Below are positions 9,485-19,955 of a stretch of 64,000 nt of DNA, piece by piece. This stretch comes from an uncultured Gemmatimonadales bacterium (GTDB lineage Bacteria > Gemmatimonadota > Gemmatimonadetes > Gemmatimonadales > Gemmatimonadaceae): assembly GCA_963851265.1 (NCBI GenBank), contig CAWKNZ010000002.1, forward strand, positions 768,001 to 832,000. The letters run 5' to 3'. The notes under the pieces were generated by a model that was not told the origin of the DNA, did not search any database, and saw only the letters and a program-made list of their open reading frames with translations. Within the stretch, counting starts at the first letter, position 1. Each line of letters begins with the position of its first letter. Position numbers and translations under genes: made by a program.

Positions 9485-10783
9485 TCAGCCCGCCAGCAAC
9501 GGCGTCCCCGTCCGCAGCATCGCGCGCACCTCGTCGGCCGGACGGCGCAGAAGCGCGAGCAGGCGGTCACGCGGCACCTCCACCCGCGCCGCCGCGCCGC
9601 GCGCGACGAACACGCGCAGCCACCGCGCCGAGCGGTAGAACTGCTCGGCGAGCGTCGGCAGGTTGATCGCGCCCTCCCACCCGGCGGCGGTGAGGCGGGC
9701 GACCTCGCCCCCGCGCCGCAACACGAGCAGGTCCAGGCCGAGCATCTGCGTCTTGGCCGGGTAGTCGAGCAGCAGCGCGCCGGGCGCGAGCCCGAGCTCG
9801 CGCCCGATCGCGTCCTCGGCCGCGGTCGCGAGCCCGTGGTCCGCGGCCACCCAGTCTCCCAGTCCGTCCGGGAATTCCGCGGCCGGGCACTCGAGCGCGC
9901 GCTTGTACAGGCGCCGCGCGCGCAGGTCGTCGCGCAAGGCCGCGACCGTCGGCGGCACGCCGTCGCCGTCGAGCGCGTGCAGCGCGCCCTCGTCCGTGTA
10001 CCCGGCGAGCGTCGGCAGGTCGAGCACGCGCGCGGCGAGCGCGTCGGCCACGAGCCGCTTGTACATCGCCGTCGCGCTGCGCACCGCGTGATGCCAGTAC
10101 ACGTTGCGGTACATCTGGTACTTGGCGAACAACAGCGACTCGAGCGCTGACAACCCCTTCTCGCGAAGCCCGATCGTCGGGCGTCCGGTGCTCGGGTCGT
10201 CGAGGACGACGAAGGCGTTCAGCAGGCGGTCGACGTCGACCTCGCCGTACGGCACGCCGCACATGCGGGCGTCGCGCTTGAGGTACTCGATCTTGTCGAG
10301 GTCGAGCGAGCCCGAGATCAGTCCGCGTAGCGGGCTCGCGCTCGTCCCGCGCACCAGGGCGTGTACGCGCTCGGGGGCGTCGGGCGCGACGTGCGTGCGG
10401 AGCACGTCGGCGACCACGCCGCCGCAGAGCAGCGGGCGGGCCACGTCCTCGTGGTGCGGCAGCCCGATCTCCTCGAGCGCGTGCGAGAACGGGTAGTGCC
10501 CGACGTCGTGCAGCAGCGCGGCCGCGCGCACCACGGCCGGCTCGTCCGCCGGCACCGCGCCGAGCGCGCCCTCGGCCGCGAGCATGTCGAGCGTGACGCC
10601 GGCGAGGTGGTAGGCGCCTAACGTGTGCTCGAAGCGCGTGTGCGTCGCGCCGGGGTAGACGAGGTACGCGAGGCCGAGCTGGCGCACGTAGCGGAGCCGC
10701 TGGAACACAGGCGTGTCGATGAGCGCGAGCGCGGTGGCGTCGACGCGGATGTTGTCCCAGAGCGGGTCACGGATGATCTCCAC
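9485..10783 (-). CDS. HD-domain phosphohydrolase (dNTPase-like)
   Basis: FQRLRYVRQLG, YPGATHTRFEH, LLHDVGH, DLDKIEYLKRD, MYRNVYWH; GTG start at 10783. Confidence 0.9.
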   Translation of the reverse strand: MEIIRDPLWDNIRVDATALALIDTPVFQRLRYVRQLGLAYLVYPGATHTRFEHTLGAYHLAGVTLDMLAAEGALGAVPADEPAVVRAAALLHDVGHYPFSHALEEIGLPHHEDVARPLLCGGVVADVLRTHVAPDAPERVHALVRGTSASPLRGLISGSLDLDKIEYLKRDARMCGVPYGEVDVDRLLNAFVVLDDPSTGRPTIGLREKGLSALESLLFAKYQMYRNVYWHHAVRSATAMYKRLVADALAARVLDLPTLAGYTDEGALHALDGDGVPPTVAALRDDLRARRLYKRALECPAAEFPDGLGDWVAADHGLATAAEDAIGRELGLAPGALLLDYPAKTQMLGLDLLVLRRGGEVARLTAAGWEGAINLPTLAEQFYRSARWLRVFVARGAAARVEVPRDRLLALLRRPADEVRAMLRTGTPLLAG

Positions 10784-10866
10784 GGCGGCGGAACTTCGCG
10801 GGGGCGCCGGCCGGGCGCCAGCGGGACGGCGCAGTTGCCCCGGTCCGGCCACGACCGTCCTCTCCC

Positions 10867-12765
10867 GTGACCCCGCCCCCGCCCGTCTCCGCCCGCGCGT
10901 CCGCGTCCGCGTGGACGCCCGCGCAGGACTCGATCGCAGCGTCGACCACGGTCGCTCCGGCCGGCGCCGACGCGCGCCTCGACGCGCTCGTCGCGCGCGT
11001 GCTCCAGGCCGACGACGTGCCCGCGTTCTCGAAGGCGATGCAGGAGCTGATGTCGACCATCGGCCGGGACGACGCCTCGGCGCAGCGGCTCGCGAACGTC
11101 GTGCTGCGGGATTACGCGCTCACGGTGAAGGTGCTGCGTGCGGCCAACGCGGCGCACTACAACCGCACCGGCCGCGCGGTACAGAGCGCGACGCACGCCC
11201 TCATGCTGCTCGGCGCGCGCACGGTCCGCGACCTCGCGAGCGCACTCCTACTGTTCGAGCACTATCGCCGTCGTTCGCCGGGGCTGAAGGAGCTGATGCT
11301 CCTGTCGCTCCTCACGGCGAGCACCGCGCGCGCGACCGCCGAGCGCTGCGGGGCTGGCGTCGATCCCGACGCGATCTACCTCGCGGGGATGTTTCGAAAC
11401 CTCGGGGAGGTGCTCGCCGCGGCGCATCTCCCCGGCGAGTACGCCGCCGCGATGTCGTCGCTGGCCGGTGCGCAGGGCCGGGCCGAAGCGCCGCGGAGCG
11501 CCCCGGGGCTCGCCGTGGCCCGCTCGGCGGCCGCGCGTGCGGCGCTCGGTTGCTCGTACGAGGAGATCGGGGCGACGATCGCGCGACACTGGGGGATGCC
11601 GGACGCCGTGCGCGTCGGGATGCACGCGACCGGAGGACCGGGCGAAGACCTCGGTTCGGTGTGCACGGCGTTCGCGCACGACCTGACGGGCGCCATCCAC
11701 CGGGGCGAGCCGGTGCACGCGCCGCCCGAGACGACGCGCCTGCTGGTGCGCTACGGCGAACGCCTCCGCCTCACGCGCGACGCGCTGCGGGAGATCGCCG
11801 AGCGGGCGGTCGAAGAGACGCGCGAGGTGTTCGCGGCAGCCGGCGTGCGACTCGACGACCTGCGGCTCACGCGACAGGTCGCCGCAGCGATGCTCGCCGG
11901 GCACGCGGCGGACGGTGCGCCGTCGCCGAACGACGCACCGTCGCGTACCGCCGACCACGCGGCATCCGCACCGGCGGGGCACGGCGCCGCGCGGGGCGAC
12001 GAAATCGCCACGGCGCGCGCCGCGGCTGCCGAGCCGAATACGATCGCCGTGCGAGGCCGACTCGCGACCGAGTTGGCCGCGGCCGCGGCGGACCCGGCGT
12101 ACGACCTCGCGCGCGTGCTGACGCTTGCCCTCGAAGCGGTACTACGTGGCGGCCCGTTCGATCGCGCGAGTTTCCACGCGGCGGACCCGGTCGCTCGTGA
12201 GTTCCGCCCGCGCACGGGGCTGGGCGACGGGCTGGACAGGCTCCTGTCGGCGCCCGGCATTCCGTTCGACGCCGAGCACGGACCGGCCGGTCCGGCGCTC
12301 GCTCGCGGCGAGGAGGTGCACCTCGCCCATGGAGTTCGCCTCACGCTGGCGGAGTCGCAGCTGCTCCGCCGCTGGGACGCCGTGAGCGCGTCGCTGTACC
12401 CGGTGCGGGTGGGTGGGGCGGTGATCGGGTGCGTGCACGCCGACCGGCACACCGCGTTCGCCGCGCCGGAGGCGGCCACGACGCAGTACGTGCGAGGCGT
12501 GGTGCGCGTACTCGAGGGAGCGCTGGCGCGGCGCCGCGGGGGAGGGGAAGTCCCGGTGGAGCAGAAGGAGGTGAGGTCCGAGTCGCCGAAGGAGTCCGAG
12601 GTCGGGCTGGCGATGTCGGTGAAGATGGACGCCGTCCTGCGCGTCCTCCGCGGCGAGTCGCTCGACGTCGTGGCGGCGGGAGTCGGCGTCGGCGCGGAGA
12701 CGCTGGCGGGATGGAGGCAGGAGTTCCTGGTCGGCGCGGCGGCGCGGTTGGGCGGGGCGGCCTAG
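10867..12765 (+). CDS. HDOD domain + GAF-like domain + C-terminal HTH
   Basis: VLRDYALTVKVLRAANAAHY...ALMLLG (HDOD); YPVRVGGAVIGCVHAD (GAF-like); AVLRVLRGESLDVVAAGVGV...W (HTH). Confidence 0.82.
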   Translation: MTPPPPVSARASASAWTPAQDSIAASTTVAPAGADARLDALVARVLQADDVPAFSKAMQELMSTIGRDDASAQRLANVVLRDYALTVKVLRAANAAHYNRTGRAVQSATHALMLLGARTVRDLASALLLFEHYRRRSPGLKELMLLSLLTASTARATAERCGAGVDPDAIYLAGMFRNLGEVLAAAHLPGEYAAAMSSLAGAQGRAEAPRSAPGLAVARSAAARAALGCSYEEIGATIARHWGMPDAVRVGMHATGGPGEDLGSVCTAFAHDLTGAIHRGEPVHAPPETTRLLVRYGERLRLTRDALREIAERAVEETREVFAAAGVRLDDLRLTRQVAAAMLAGHAADGAPSPNDAPSRTADHAASAPAGHGAARGDEIATARAAAAEPNTIAVRGRLATELAAAAADPAYDLARVLTLALEAVLRGGPFDRASFHAADPVAREFRPRTGLGDGLDRLLSAPGIPFDAEHGPAGPALARGEEVHLAHGVRLTLAESQLLRRWDAVSASLYPVRVGGAVIGCVHADRHTAFAAPEAATTQYVRGVVRVLEGALARRRGGGEVPVEQKEVRSESPKESEVGLAMSVKMDAVLRVLRGESLDVVAAGVGVGAETLAGWRQEFLVGAAARLGGAA

Positions 12766-12795
12766 TCGACCCGCCGGACCCGCCCGCCCGCGGAC

Positions 12796-14427
12796 CTACC
12801 CCTTGGGACCGGCGCGCTTGATCTCGTCGCCGACGCCCGGTCCGAACTTCTCCATGTTCTGACGGAACATCTCGGCCAGCTTCCTCGCCTGCTCGTCGTA
12901 CGCGCCGGCGTCGGCCCACGTCCCGCGCGCGTCGAGCACCGCCGAGGGCACGCCTTCGACTTCGCGGGGGACCGCGAGACCGAACATGGGATCCACCGTC
13001 GTCGGCACCTGGTCGAGCGCGCCGGACAGTGCCGCGCGGACCATCGCGCGCGTGTGGCTGAGCTTCATCCGCGACCCGACGCCGTAGCGCCCGCCGCTCC
13101 ACCCGGTGTTCACGAGCCAGACGCGCGACCCGTGCTCCGCGAGCTTCGCGCCTAACATCTCGGCGTATTTCGTCGGGGGCCACACGAGGAACACCGCGCC
13201 GAAGCACGCCGAGAAGGTCGCCTGCGGCTCGGTCACGCCGCGCTCGGTGCCGGCGACCTTGGCCGTGTAGCCCGAGAGGAAGTAGTACATCGCCTGCTCG
13301 GGCGTGAGCTTCGCGATCGGCGGCAGCACGCCGAACGCGTCGGCCGTCAGGAAGATCACCGTCTTCGGGTGTCCGCCGCGGCCGCCGCGCACGTGGTTCT
13401 GGATGTAGGGCAGTGGGTAGCTCGCGCGCGTGTTCTCCGTGATGCTCTGGTCGTCGAAGCGCACGCGGCGCTTGTCGTCGAGCACGACGTTCTCGAGGAC
13501 CGTGCCGAACATCTGGGTGGTGCGGAAGATGTCGGGCTCGCCCTCGGGCGAGAGGTTGATCGCCTTCGCGTAGCAGCCACCCTCGAAGTTGAACACCCCC
13601 TCGTCGCTCCACCCGTGCTCGTCGTCCCCGACGAGCGCACGCTCCGGGTCGGCCGAGAGCGTCGTCTTGCCCGTGCCCGACAGGCCGAAGAAGAGGGCCG
13701 TGTCGCCCGCGTCGCCCACGTTGGCCGAGCAGTGCATCGAGAGCACGCCCTGCTTCGGCATCAGGTAGTTCATGATCGTGAACATCGCCTTCTTCAACTC
13801 GCCCGCGTAGCGCGTGCCGCCGATCAGGATCGTGCGGCGGCCGATGTGCACGACGATGAACGTGCCCGTGCGCGTGCCGTGGCGCGCCGGGTCGGCCTGC
13901 ATCTCGGGCGCGTGCAGTACCGTGAAGTTGGGCGCGAACTCCGGCAGCTCGGCCGGCTCGGGGCGGATGAACATGTTGCGCACGAACAGCGCGTGCCACG
14001 CGTTGGGCAGCACGTAACGTACCGACAGGCGGTGGGCCGGGTCGGCGCCGCAGTACAGGTCCTGCACGAACAGCTCGGGGAGCGTGCCGAGGTGCGCGCG
14101 CACGTCATCGAGCAGCGCGTCGAAGTGTGCGTCGGTCATCGGCTGGTTCACCTTGCCCCAGTCGACGTCGAACTCGCTCGACGGCTCGCGCACGACGAAC
14201 TTGTCGTTGGGCGAACGCCCCGTGTGCGGCGACGTCACGGCGACGAGCGGGCCCATGTCGGCCAGCCGCCCCTCGCCGCGGCGGACGGCGTCCTGGACCA
14301 GTTCGGGCGCGACGAGGTTCCAGTGCACGGTGCCCGCGGGCGTCACGCCGACCGCGGCAAGTCCGCCGGCGCGCGTGGCGCGCGCGTCGATCGCCGCCGG
14401 CGCGTCGGGACGGGTGAGAGTGGCCAT
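12796..14427 (-). CDS. pckA: Phosphoenolpyruvate carboxykinase (ATP)
   Basis: [42 protein letters not shown]. Confidence 0.97.
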   Translation of the reverse strand: MATLTRPDAPAAIDARATRAGGLAAVGVTPAGTVHWNLVAPELVQDAVRRGEGRLADMGPLVAVTSPHTGRSPNDKFVVREPSSEFDVDWGKVNQPMTDAHFDALLDDVRAHLGTLPELFVQDLYCGADPAHRLSVRYVLPNAWHALFVRNMFIRPEPAELPEFAPNFTVLHAPEMQADPARHGTRTGTFIVVHIGRRTILIGGTRYAGELKKAMFTIMNYLMPKQGVLSMHCSANVGDAGDTALFFGLSGTGKTTLSADPERALVGDDEHGWSDEGVFNFEGGCYAKAINLSPEGEPDIFRTTQMFGTVLENVVLDDKRRVRFDDQSITENTRASYPLPYIQNHVRGGRGGHPKTVIFLTADAFGVLPPIAKLTPEQAMYYFLSGYTAKVAGTERGVTEPQATFSACFGAVFLVWPPTKYAEMLGAKLAEHGSRVWLVNTGWSGGRYGVGSRMKLSHTRAMVRAALSGALDQVPTTVDPMFGLAVPREVEGVPSAVLDARGTWADAGAYDEQARKLAEMFRQNMEKFGPGVGDEIKRAGPKG

Positions 14428-14461
14428 AATGCGAAAAACTCGGGAAGGCGGTGAGAATGGT

Positions 14462-16732
14462 TCAGCGGCCGTCGCCCCGGGCGCGGCCCTGCGCGTCCAT
14501 CACCGCGACCGCGGTCATGTTCACGATGTCCTGCACGTCGGCGCCCTGCTCCAGCACGTGCACGGGGCGGTTCATCCCGACGAGGATCGGGCCGATGGCC
14601 GTCGCCCCGCCGAGGCGGTTCAGTAACTTGTAGGCGATGTTGCCGGCGCTCAAGTTGGGGAAGATCAACACGTTGGCCTCGCCACGGAGCGTCGAGAACG
14701 GGTAGCGCCCCTGCAACACGCGGAGGTCCACGGCGGTGTCGGCCTGCATCTCGCCGTCCACCTCGAGCATCGGGTCGGCCGCGCGCACCAGCCGCACCGC
14801 GGCGGCCACCTTCTCGGTTTCCGCGTCGCGCGCCGAGCCGAAGTTCGAGAACGAGAGCATCGCGACGCGCGGCTCCTCGCCGAACGTGCGCACGATCCGC
14901 GCGGCGGCGAGCGCGATGCGCGCGAGCTGTTCGGCCGTCGGGTTGATGGTCACCGTCGTGTCGCCGCAGAACACGACGCGCTTCTCGAACACCAGCATGT
15001 ACATGCCGCTCAGCACGCCCGCTTTCGGATGCGCCCCGACGGTCTCGAGCGCCGGGCGGATCGTCTCGGGGTAGGTCGCGTTCACCCCCGACAGCAGCGC
15101 GTCGGCGTCTCCGAGGGCGACCATCGCGGCGCCGAAGTAGTTGGGATTCGCCAGCCGCTGGCGCGCCTCGGCGAGCGACAGACCCTTGCGCTGCCGCCGC
15201 TCCCACAGGTGGGCCGCGTACGCGTCGCGACGGCGCGCGGTGGCAATGTCGACCACCTCGACGTCGTCGAGTGGGACGCCGAGCGCGGCCGCGGTCTGCT
15301 CGATCACCGCACGGTCCCCGAGTAGCACCGGCTCCGCGATCCCCTCGTCGGCCACGATGCGCGCGGCGCGCAGCACCTTGGGCTCGGCCCCTTCGGGGAA
15401 CACCACCCGGCGCGGGTCGCTCGTCGCGCGCGTGATGATCCCCCGCATGATGCCGCGCGCGCGCCCGAGCCGCGCTTCGAGGCGCTCGCGGTACTCGTCG
15501 AGGTCGATGAACTCGCGCGCGACACCGCTCGCCACCGCCGCCCACGCCACCGCCGGCGCCACCCAGAGCAGGATGCGCGGGTCGAACGGGAAGGGAATCA
15601 GGTAGTCGGGCCCGAACGTCACCTGTTGCAGCCCGTAGAGCCGGCTCACGCTCTCGGGCACGGCCTCGCGCGCGAGCAGGGCCAGCGCGCGCGTGGCCGC
15701 CATCTTCATCTCCTCGTTCACCTGCGTCGCGCGCGCGTCGAGCGCGCCGCGGAAGATGAACGGGAATCCGAGGACATTGTTGACCTGGTTGGGGTAGTCG
15801 CTGCGTCCCGTCGCGATGATCGCGTCCGTCCGGACGGCACGCACCTCGTCCGGCAACACCTCGGGCGTCGGGTTGGCGAGCGCGAAGATGATCGGCCGCG
15901 GCGCCATCGGGGCGAGCATCTCGGCGCGGATCGCGCCCGCCACCGAGAGCCCCACGAACACGTCCGCGCCGACGAGCGCTTCGGCCACCGTCCGATTCGG
16001 CGTGTCCACCGCGAAGCGCGCCATGTACGGGTTCATCCCCTCGACCCGCCCCTCGTAGATCACGCCGAGCACGTCGCACATCGTGATGTGCTCGCGGCGC
16101 ACGCCGAGTCGAACGTAGTGACTCGCCGTCGCGAGCGCCGCGGCCCCGGCGCCCGAGAATACCACGCGTACCTCGTCGATCTCCTTACCTACCACCGAGA
16201 GCGCATTGAGCAGTGCCGCCCCCGAGATGATCGCCGTGCCGTGCTGGTCGTCGTGGAAGACGGGCACCGACATCGTGCGCCGCAGCGTCTCCTCGATGTA
16301 GAAGCAGTCGGGCGCGCGGATGTCTTCGAGGTTGATGCCTCCGACCGTGGGCTCGAGCAGCTGGCAGAACTTGACGACGTCGGCCGGGTCCTCGCTCCCG
16401 ACTTCGAGGTCGAACACGTCGAGATCGGCGAACTGCTTGAAGAGGTTGGCCTTTCCTTCCATCACCGGCTTGCCGGCGAGCGCGCCGATGTTGCCGAGCC
16501 CGAGCACGGCCGTCCCGTTGCTCACCACGGCGACGAGGTTGCCCTTGGCCGTGTACTTGTACGCGTCCTCCGGGTTGCGCCGGATCTCGAGGCAGGGTTC
16601 GGCGACGCCCGGCGAGTACGCGAGGGCGAGGTCGCGCTGGTTCGTGAGCGGCTTCGTCGGTACGACGGCCAGCTTGCCGGGGCGCCCGCGGGCGTGGTAA
16701 TCGAGGGCGTCTTCGCGTCGGGTGGCGCTCAT
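14462..16732 (-). CDS. maeB: NADP-dependent malic enzyme with PTA-like domain
   Basis: [56 protein letters not shown] at 16732. Confidence 0.96.
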   Translation of the reverse strand: MSATRREDALDYHARGRPGKLAVVPTKPLTNQRDLALAYSPGVAEPCLEIRRNPEDAYKYTAKGNLVAVVSNGTAVLGLGNIGALAGKPVMEGKANLFKQFADLDVFDLEVGSEDPADVVKFCQLLEPTVGGINLEDIRAPDCFYIEETLRRTMSVPVFHDDQHGTAIISGAALLNALSVVGKEIDEVRVVFSGAGAAALATASHYVRLGVRREHITMCDVLGVIYEGRVEGMNPYMARFAVDTPNRTVAEALVGADVFVGLSVAGAIRAEMLAPMAPRPIIFALANPTPEVLPDEVRAVRTDAIIATGRSDYPNQVNNVLGFPFIFRGALDARATQVNEEMKMAATRALALLAREAVPESVSRLYGLQQVTFGPDYLIPFPFDPRILLWVAPAVAWAAVASGVAREFIDLDEYRERLEARLGRARGIMRGIITRATSDPRRVVFPEGAEPKVLRAARIVADEGIAEPVLLGDRAVIEQTAAALGVPLDDVEVVDIATARRRDAYAAHLWERRQRKGLSLAEARQRLANPNYFGAAMVALGDADALLSGVNATYPETIRPALETVGAHPKAGVLSGMYMLVFEKRVVFCGDTTVTINPTAEQLARIALAAARIVRTFGEEPRVAMLSFSNFGSARDAETEKVAAAVRLVRAADPMLEVDGEMQADTAVDLRVLQGRYPFSTLRGEANVLIFPNLSAGNIAYKLLNRLGGATAIGPILVGMNRPVHVLEQGADVQDIVNMTAVAVMDAQGRARGDGR

Positions 16733-16891
16733 GGGCGCGCAAGTTACCGTGCTGCGCCTTCCCGGGCCCGCAGTTACGCCGACGCCGGGCCCCAGGCCGC
16801 TCGCCGCCGTCGGCGCGACGGATTCGCGAGAGGAGGCGAGGGCTGGCACGCAACTTCGAGGGGGGCCGGGCGTACTTAGGGAACCGATCTC

Positions 16892-17248
16892 GTGATGCGC
16901 CCCCTCCAACACGCCCTCGTCCGCGCGTTCCTCGCGCTGCTCGCCCTGCTCTCGACCGCCGCGCCTGCCGCGGCAGCCGTGGGCGAGGGCGTGCTCGCGA
17001 CGCGCGCCGGCCAGGCGTCGGTCGCGATGCACGCCGAGGACTCGCGGCACGCGCGATGTCCCTACGTGCACGCCGACGACTGCGCGCTGTGCGCGGTGGC
17101 CGCCGCGCACGCGCTTCCGGGGACGGTGCGCACCGCCGACGCGCCGGCGACCACGGCGTGCCGCGCCGCGGAGCTGCCCGAGGCGGGCGGGTCGACGGCG
17201 CAGCGGAGCATCGCGGCCCGGCACGCGCGAGGACCGCCGACGGGCTGA
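16892..17248 (+). CDS. DUF2946-like leader protein (hydrophobic N-terminus, CxxC, C-terminal RGPP)
   Basis: RAFLALLALLSTAA; CPYVHADDCALC; ends ARHARGPPTG; directly upstream of a TonB receptor. Confidence 0.75.
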   Translation: MMRPLQHALVRAFLALLALLSTAAPAAAAVGEGVLATRAGQASVAMHAEDSRHARCPYVHADDCALCAVAAAHALPGTVRTADAPATTACRAAELPEAGGSTAQRSIAARHARGPPTG

Positions 17249-17331
17249 ACACTCGCCCGTCATCCCGGTGGACCGCGCGCACCTCCGTGCGCAGTCCGCG
17301 GGGGTCGTCCTCCATTCGTGTCGATCACTTC

Positions 17332-19776
17332 ATGTCTCGCTTTCTCGCGCGGCGCGCGCGCGCGCCGCGGAGTCGCGGCGGCCGCATCCGTCGCGCGCCG
17401 GTCGCGTTCGTCATCACGGCGGCGGTCACGCCCCTTGCCGCCCGCCTCGCGCACGCCGCGCCGCCCGATTCGACGGCCGGCCGCCGCGTAGTCGCCGCCC
17501 CGCCTGTGGTCGGTGTGGTGCGCGACTCGATGGGGCAGCCCCTCTCGAACGTGCAGGTCGTGATCGCCACGCTCAATCGTGGCACGACCACCGATGAGCG
17601 TGGCGCGTTCGAGTTTCGCGGCCTCGCCGCGGGACGGTACCACGTCGACGCCCTGCTCATCGGCTACCGGCGCGCGGACCTCGACATCGTCGTGCCGACG
17701 AGCGGACCCGACGTACGGGTCACGATCGTGATGCGGCGGACCGCGCTGCAACTGCAGAACGTGGTCGTCACGGCCACTCCCGTCGGCGCCGACCCGCTCC
17801 GGCTGACGCAGAGCACCGTCTCGCTCTCGGGCAAGGAGCTCGCGCGCAACCTCGGGTCGAGCGTGGCGCAGACGCTGAGCAACGAGCCCGGCATGGCCAT
17901 GCGGTTCAACGGACCGGCGGCGAACGTGCCGGTGATCCGCGGGCTGTCGGGCGAGCGCATTCTCGTGCTGCAGGACGGGAACCGCGCGGGCGACCTCTCC
18001 TCCGCCGCCGCCGACCACGGGCTGTCGATCGATCCGCTCGTCTCCAACCGGATCGAGGTCGTACGCGGGCCTGCCTCGCTCCTCTATGGCACGAACGCGC
18101 TCGGTGGCGTGGTGAACGTGATCTCGAACGACATCCCGACCGACATGCCGCGCCGCACCGACGGCTTCGTGTCGACCAACCTCGAGTCGGTGAACCCGGG
18201 TGGCGCGGTTGCGGGCGGCGTCACGACCCCGATCACGGACGCGGTGGTGGCGAACGTGCGCGGCTCGTTCCGCAGCACGAGCAACCTGTACCAGGGTGGC
18301 GGCGCGCGGCTCGACAACAGCTACAACCGCAACCAGAACGGCCTCGCCGCGCTCGGCTACGTCGGCGACAAGATTCACGCCGGCCTCGCCTACTCGGCCT
18401 ACAACTTCGACTACGGGCTGCCGTTCGCGCCGGGAGACGACCCGTCGCACATCGTGGGGCTGCGGCAGGAGGTGAAGGGGCGCGCCGACCTGTCGTTCGA
18501 GAACCCGATCGTCGACCAGCTGCGCGTGGACGGCACCGCGCAGTGGTACCACCACAGCGAGATCGCGAGCGACGGCGCGGTCGGCACGCGTTTCGGGCTG
18601 CGCACGCAGACGCTGAACGCGACCGCACGCACGCACGTCGGCCCGCTCGACGGCGCGGTCGGCCTGCAGGGGCTGCTGCGTCAGTACACGGCGACCGGCG
18701 CAGAAGCGCTCACGCCCGCGGCCAACACGGTGAACGGGGGCCTGTTCGTCTACCAGGAGCTGCCCCTCACGGGCGCGCGCGACACGAGCGTCGGCGCGGC
18801 GCACGGGAACGACGAGCACGGGAACGGCATCCGCCTTCAGTTCGGCGGTCGCGCGGACGCGTTCCAGCTCAGGACGGTCGCGAGCGACCTGCCCAAGTTC
18901 GGCAGCGCGCGCACGCGCTCGTTCGACAACTTCTCCGGATCGTTAGGCCTGTCGTTCCCGCTGGCCGAGCGTACGACGTTCGGCGTGAGCGCGGCGCGGT
19001 CGTTCCGCGCGCCGTCCGTCGAGGAGCTGTACTCGAACGCGTTCCACGCCGCGGTCGGGACGTACGACGTCGGCGACCCCAACCTCAAGGCCGAGACGGA
19101 CCAGGGCTTCGACGGCGTGCTGCGCACCCAGCGCGGCCGCGTCGACGCGCAGGTCTCGGCGTACTACAACCGGATCAACAACTACATCACGCCGAACGTC
19201 GTCGGCACGGTGGACGCGACCACGGGCCAGGCGGCTACGGGCGCCGGCAGCGTGCCGCTGAACGTCTACACGCAGCGCGACGCGCGGCTGTACGGCGCCG
19301 AGGGACGCGTCGAAGTCGAGGCGGCGCCCCACGTCGTGCTCGGCACGACGGGCGACCTCGTGCGCGGCAACTTCACCCAGGGCATCGCGAGCGCGCTGCC
19401 GTACCTGCCGCCCGCCCGACTCGGCGTGAACGCGCGCTACGACGACTCGCGCTACTCGCTCTCGGCCGAAGTGCGCCATGCGTTCGCGCAGACCCGCACG
19501 TCGCAGCCGTCGTGCGCGACCGGCCCGATTCTCGGACCCACGGGGAGCGGGAACACGCAGGACGGGACGCCCTGCCTCGACATCCCGGCGTCGGCGTACA
19601 CGCTCGTCAATCTCAGCGCCGGCGTCACGCTCAGTCGCGGGCCGATGCTGCACACACTCACCCTCCGCGCGGACAACCTGCTCGACCGCCGGTACGTGGA
19701 CGCGACGAGTCGGATCAAGTATTTCGCGTACAACCCCGGGCGCGATATCGCGTTGGTGTATCGGGTGCAGTTCTGA
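17332..19776 (+). CDS. TonB-dependent receptor, probably for a transition metal (ZnuD-like)
   Basis: N-terminal carboxypeptidase-regulatory-like domain, VVVTA, RIEVVRGPASLLYG...GGVVN plug, RAPSVEELYSNAFH, terminal Phe. Confidence 0.93.
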   Translation: MSRFLARRARAPRSRGGRIRRAPVAFVITAAVTPLAARLAHAAPPDSTAGRRVVAAPPVVGVVRDSMGQPLSNVQVVIATLNRGTTTDERGAFEFRGLAAGRYHVDALLIGYRRADLDIVVPTSGPDVRVTIVMRRTALQLQNVVVTATPVGADPLRLTQSTVSLSGKELARNLGSSVAQTLSNEPGMAMRFNGPAANVPVIRGLSGERILVLQDGNRAGDLSSAAADHGLSIDPLVSNRIEVVRGPASLLYGTNALGGVVNVISNDIPTDMPRRTDGFVSTNLESVNPGGAVAGGVTTPITDAVVANVRGSFRSTSNLYQGGGARLDNSYNRNQNGLAALGYVGDKIHAGLAYSAYNFDYGLPFAPGDDPSHIVGLRQEVKGRADLSFENPIVDQLRVDGTAQWYHHSEIASDGAVGTRFGLRTQTLNATARTHVGPLDGAVGLQGLLRQYTATGAEALTPAANTVNGGLFVYQELPLTGARDTSVGAAHGNDEHGNGIRLQFGGRADAFQLRTVASDLPKFGSARTRSFDNFSGSLGLSFPLAERTTFGVSAARSFRAPSVEELYSNAFHAAVGTYDVGDPNLKAETDQGFDGVLRTQRGRVDAQVSAYYNRINNYITPNVVGTVDATTGQAATGAGSVPLNVYTQRDARLYGAEGRVEVEAAPHVVLGTTGDLVRGNFTQGIASALPYLPPARLGVNARYDDSRYSLSAEVRHAFAQTRTSQPSCATGPILGPTGSGNTQDGTPCLDIPASAYTLVNLSAGVTLSRGPMLHTLTLRADNLLDRRYVDATSRIKYFAYNPGRDIALVYRVQF

Positions 19777-19867
19777 CGCGGAAGTAGGGTGGGGGCGTCG
19801 CGCGAGCCCGTGACCGGCCGGGGATGAAGATCGTGGGGATGTGACTGCCGGGGATGAGCGGACCGGG

Positions 19868-19952
19868 GATACGACCGCAGGGGCGATGGAGCTGGGAAGG
19901 GCGACGGCCAGACCGTCTCTACCTCCGGCGGTATCGCCCCTGCGGTCGTATC
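19868..19952. repeat. 20-bp perfect inverted repeat between convergent genes
   Basis: gatacgaccgcaggggcgat (19868-19887) and atcgcccctgcggtcgtatc (19933-19952). Confidence 0.7.
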
Positions 19953-19955
19953 ACC

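Noticed and set aside
12600..12765. IS element at the transposase-like HTH
   Set aside because: No DDE domain, terminal inverted repeats or target duplication; it is in frame with the HDOD gene.
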